Shown: positions 34,976-35,020 of the stretch, piece after piece
Numbering within the stretch: the first letter of the stretch is position 1
Layout: the number at the start of each line of letters is the position of its first letter
Assembly (NCBI RefSeq): GCF_001194135.2
Contig: NC_069008.1
Span: forward strand, 9,003,932 to 9,038,951
Direction: 5' to 3'
DNA: 35,020 nucleotides
DNA from: Octopus bimaculoides
Lineage: Eukaryota
Program-made: the position numbers and the translations under genes
Notes under the pieces: generated by a model
What the model saw: only the letters and a program-made list of their open reading frames with translations
What the model was told of the DNA's origin: nothing
The model's database searches: none

Positions 34976-35020
<45 letters not shown>

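Overview
This is AT-rich, microsatellite-dense animal genomic DNA from a gapped scaffold assembly. From the repeat families and simple-repeat density I infer a coleoid cephalopod, most likely Octopus. The only host gene I can support is the 3' end of the protein phosphatase 4 catalytic subunit (PPP4C) on the + strand, with three coding exons (1587-1776, 3557-3635, 7136-7186) ending in the canonical DYFL-stop. The rest is transposon debris. It includes at least 11 copies or fragments of one (GAT)n-tailed RTE LINE family, two of which are nearly identical and look very young. It also has other RTE-type LINE remnants, several tRNA-derived SINE families, two Gypsy pol remnants, a DD37D/maT element, a mariner fragment, a Penelope GIY-YIG fragment, a Helitron Rep fragment, and piggyBac-like and fold-back MITEs. 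The best lead is an intact C4HC3 PHD-type finger inserted inside the reverse transcriptase of the young RTE family. Secondary leads are a perfect 110-bp inverted duplication, a ~280-bp fold-back element, inverted RTE pairs bracketing PPP4C exons, and a possible alternative PPP4C C-terminus. Family names come from manual translation and motif recognition; no database searches were run, and most repeat boundaries are approximate.
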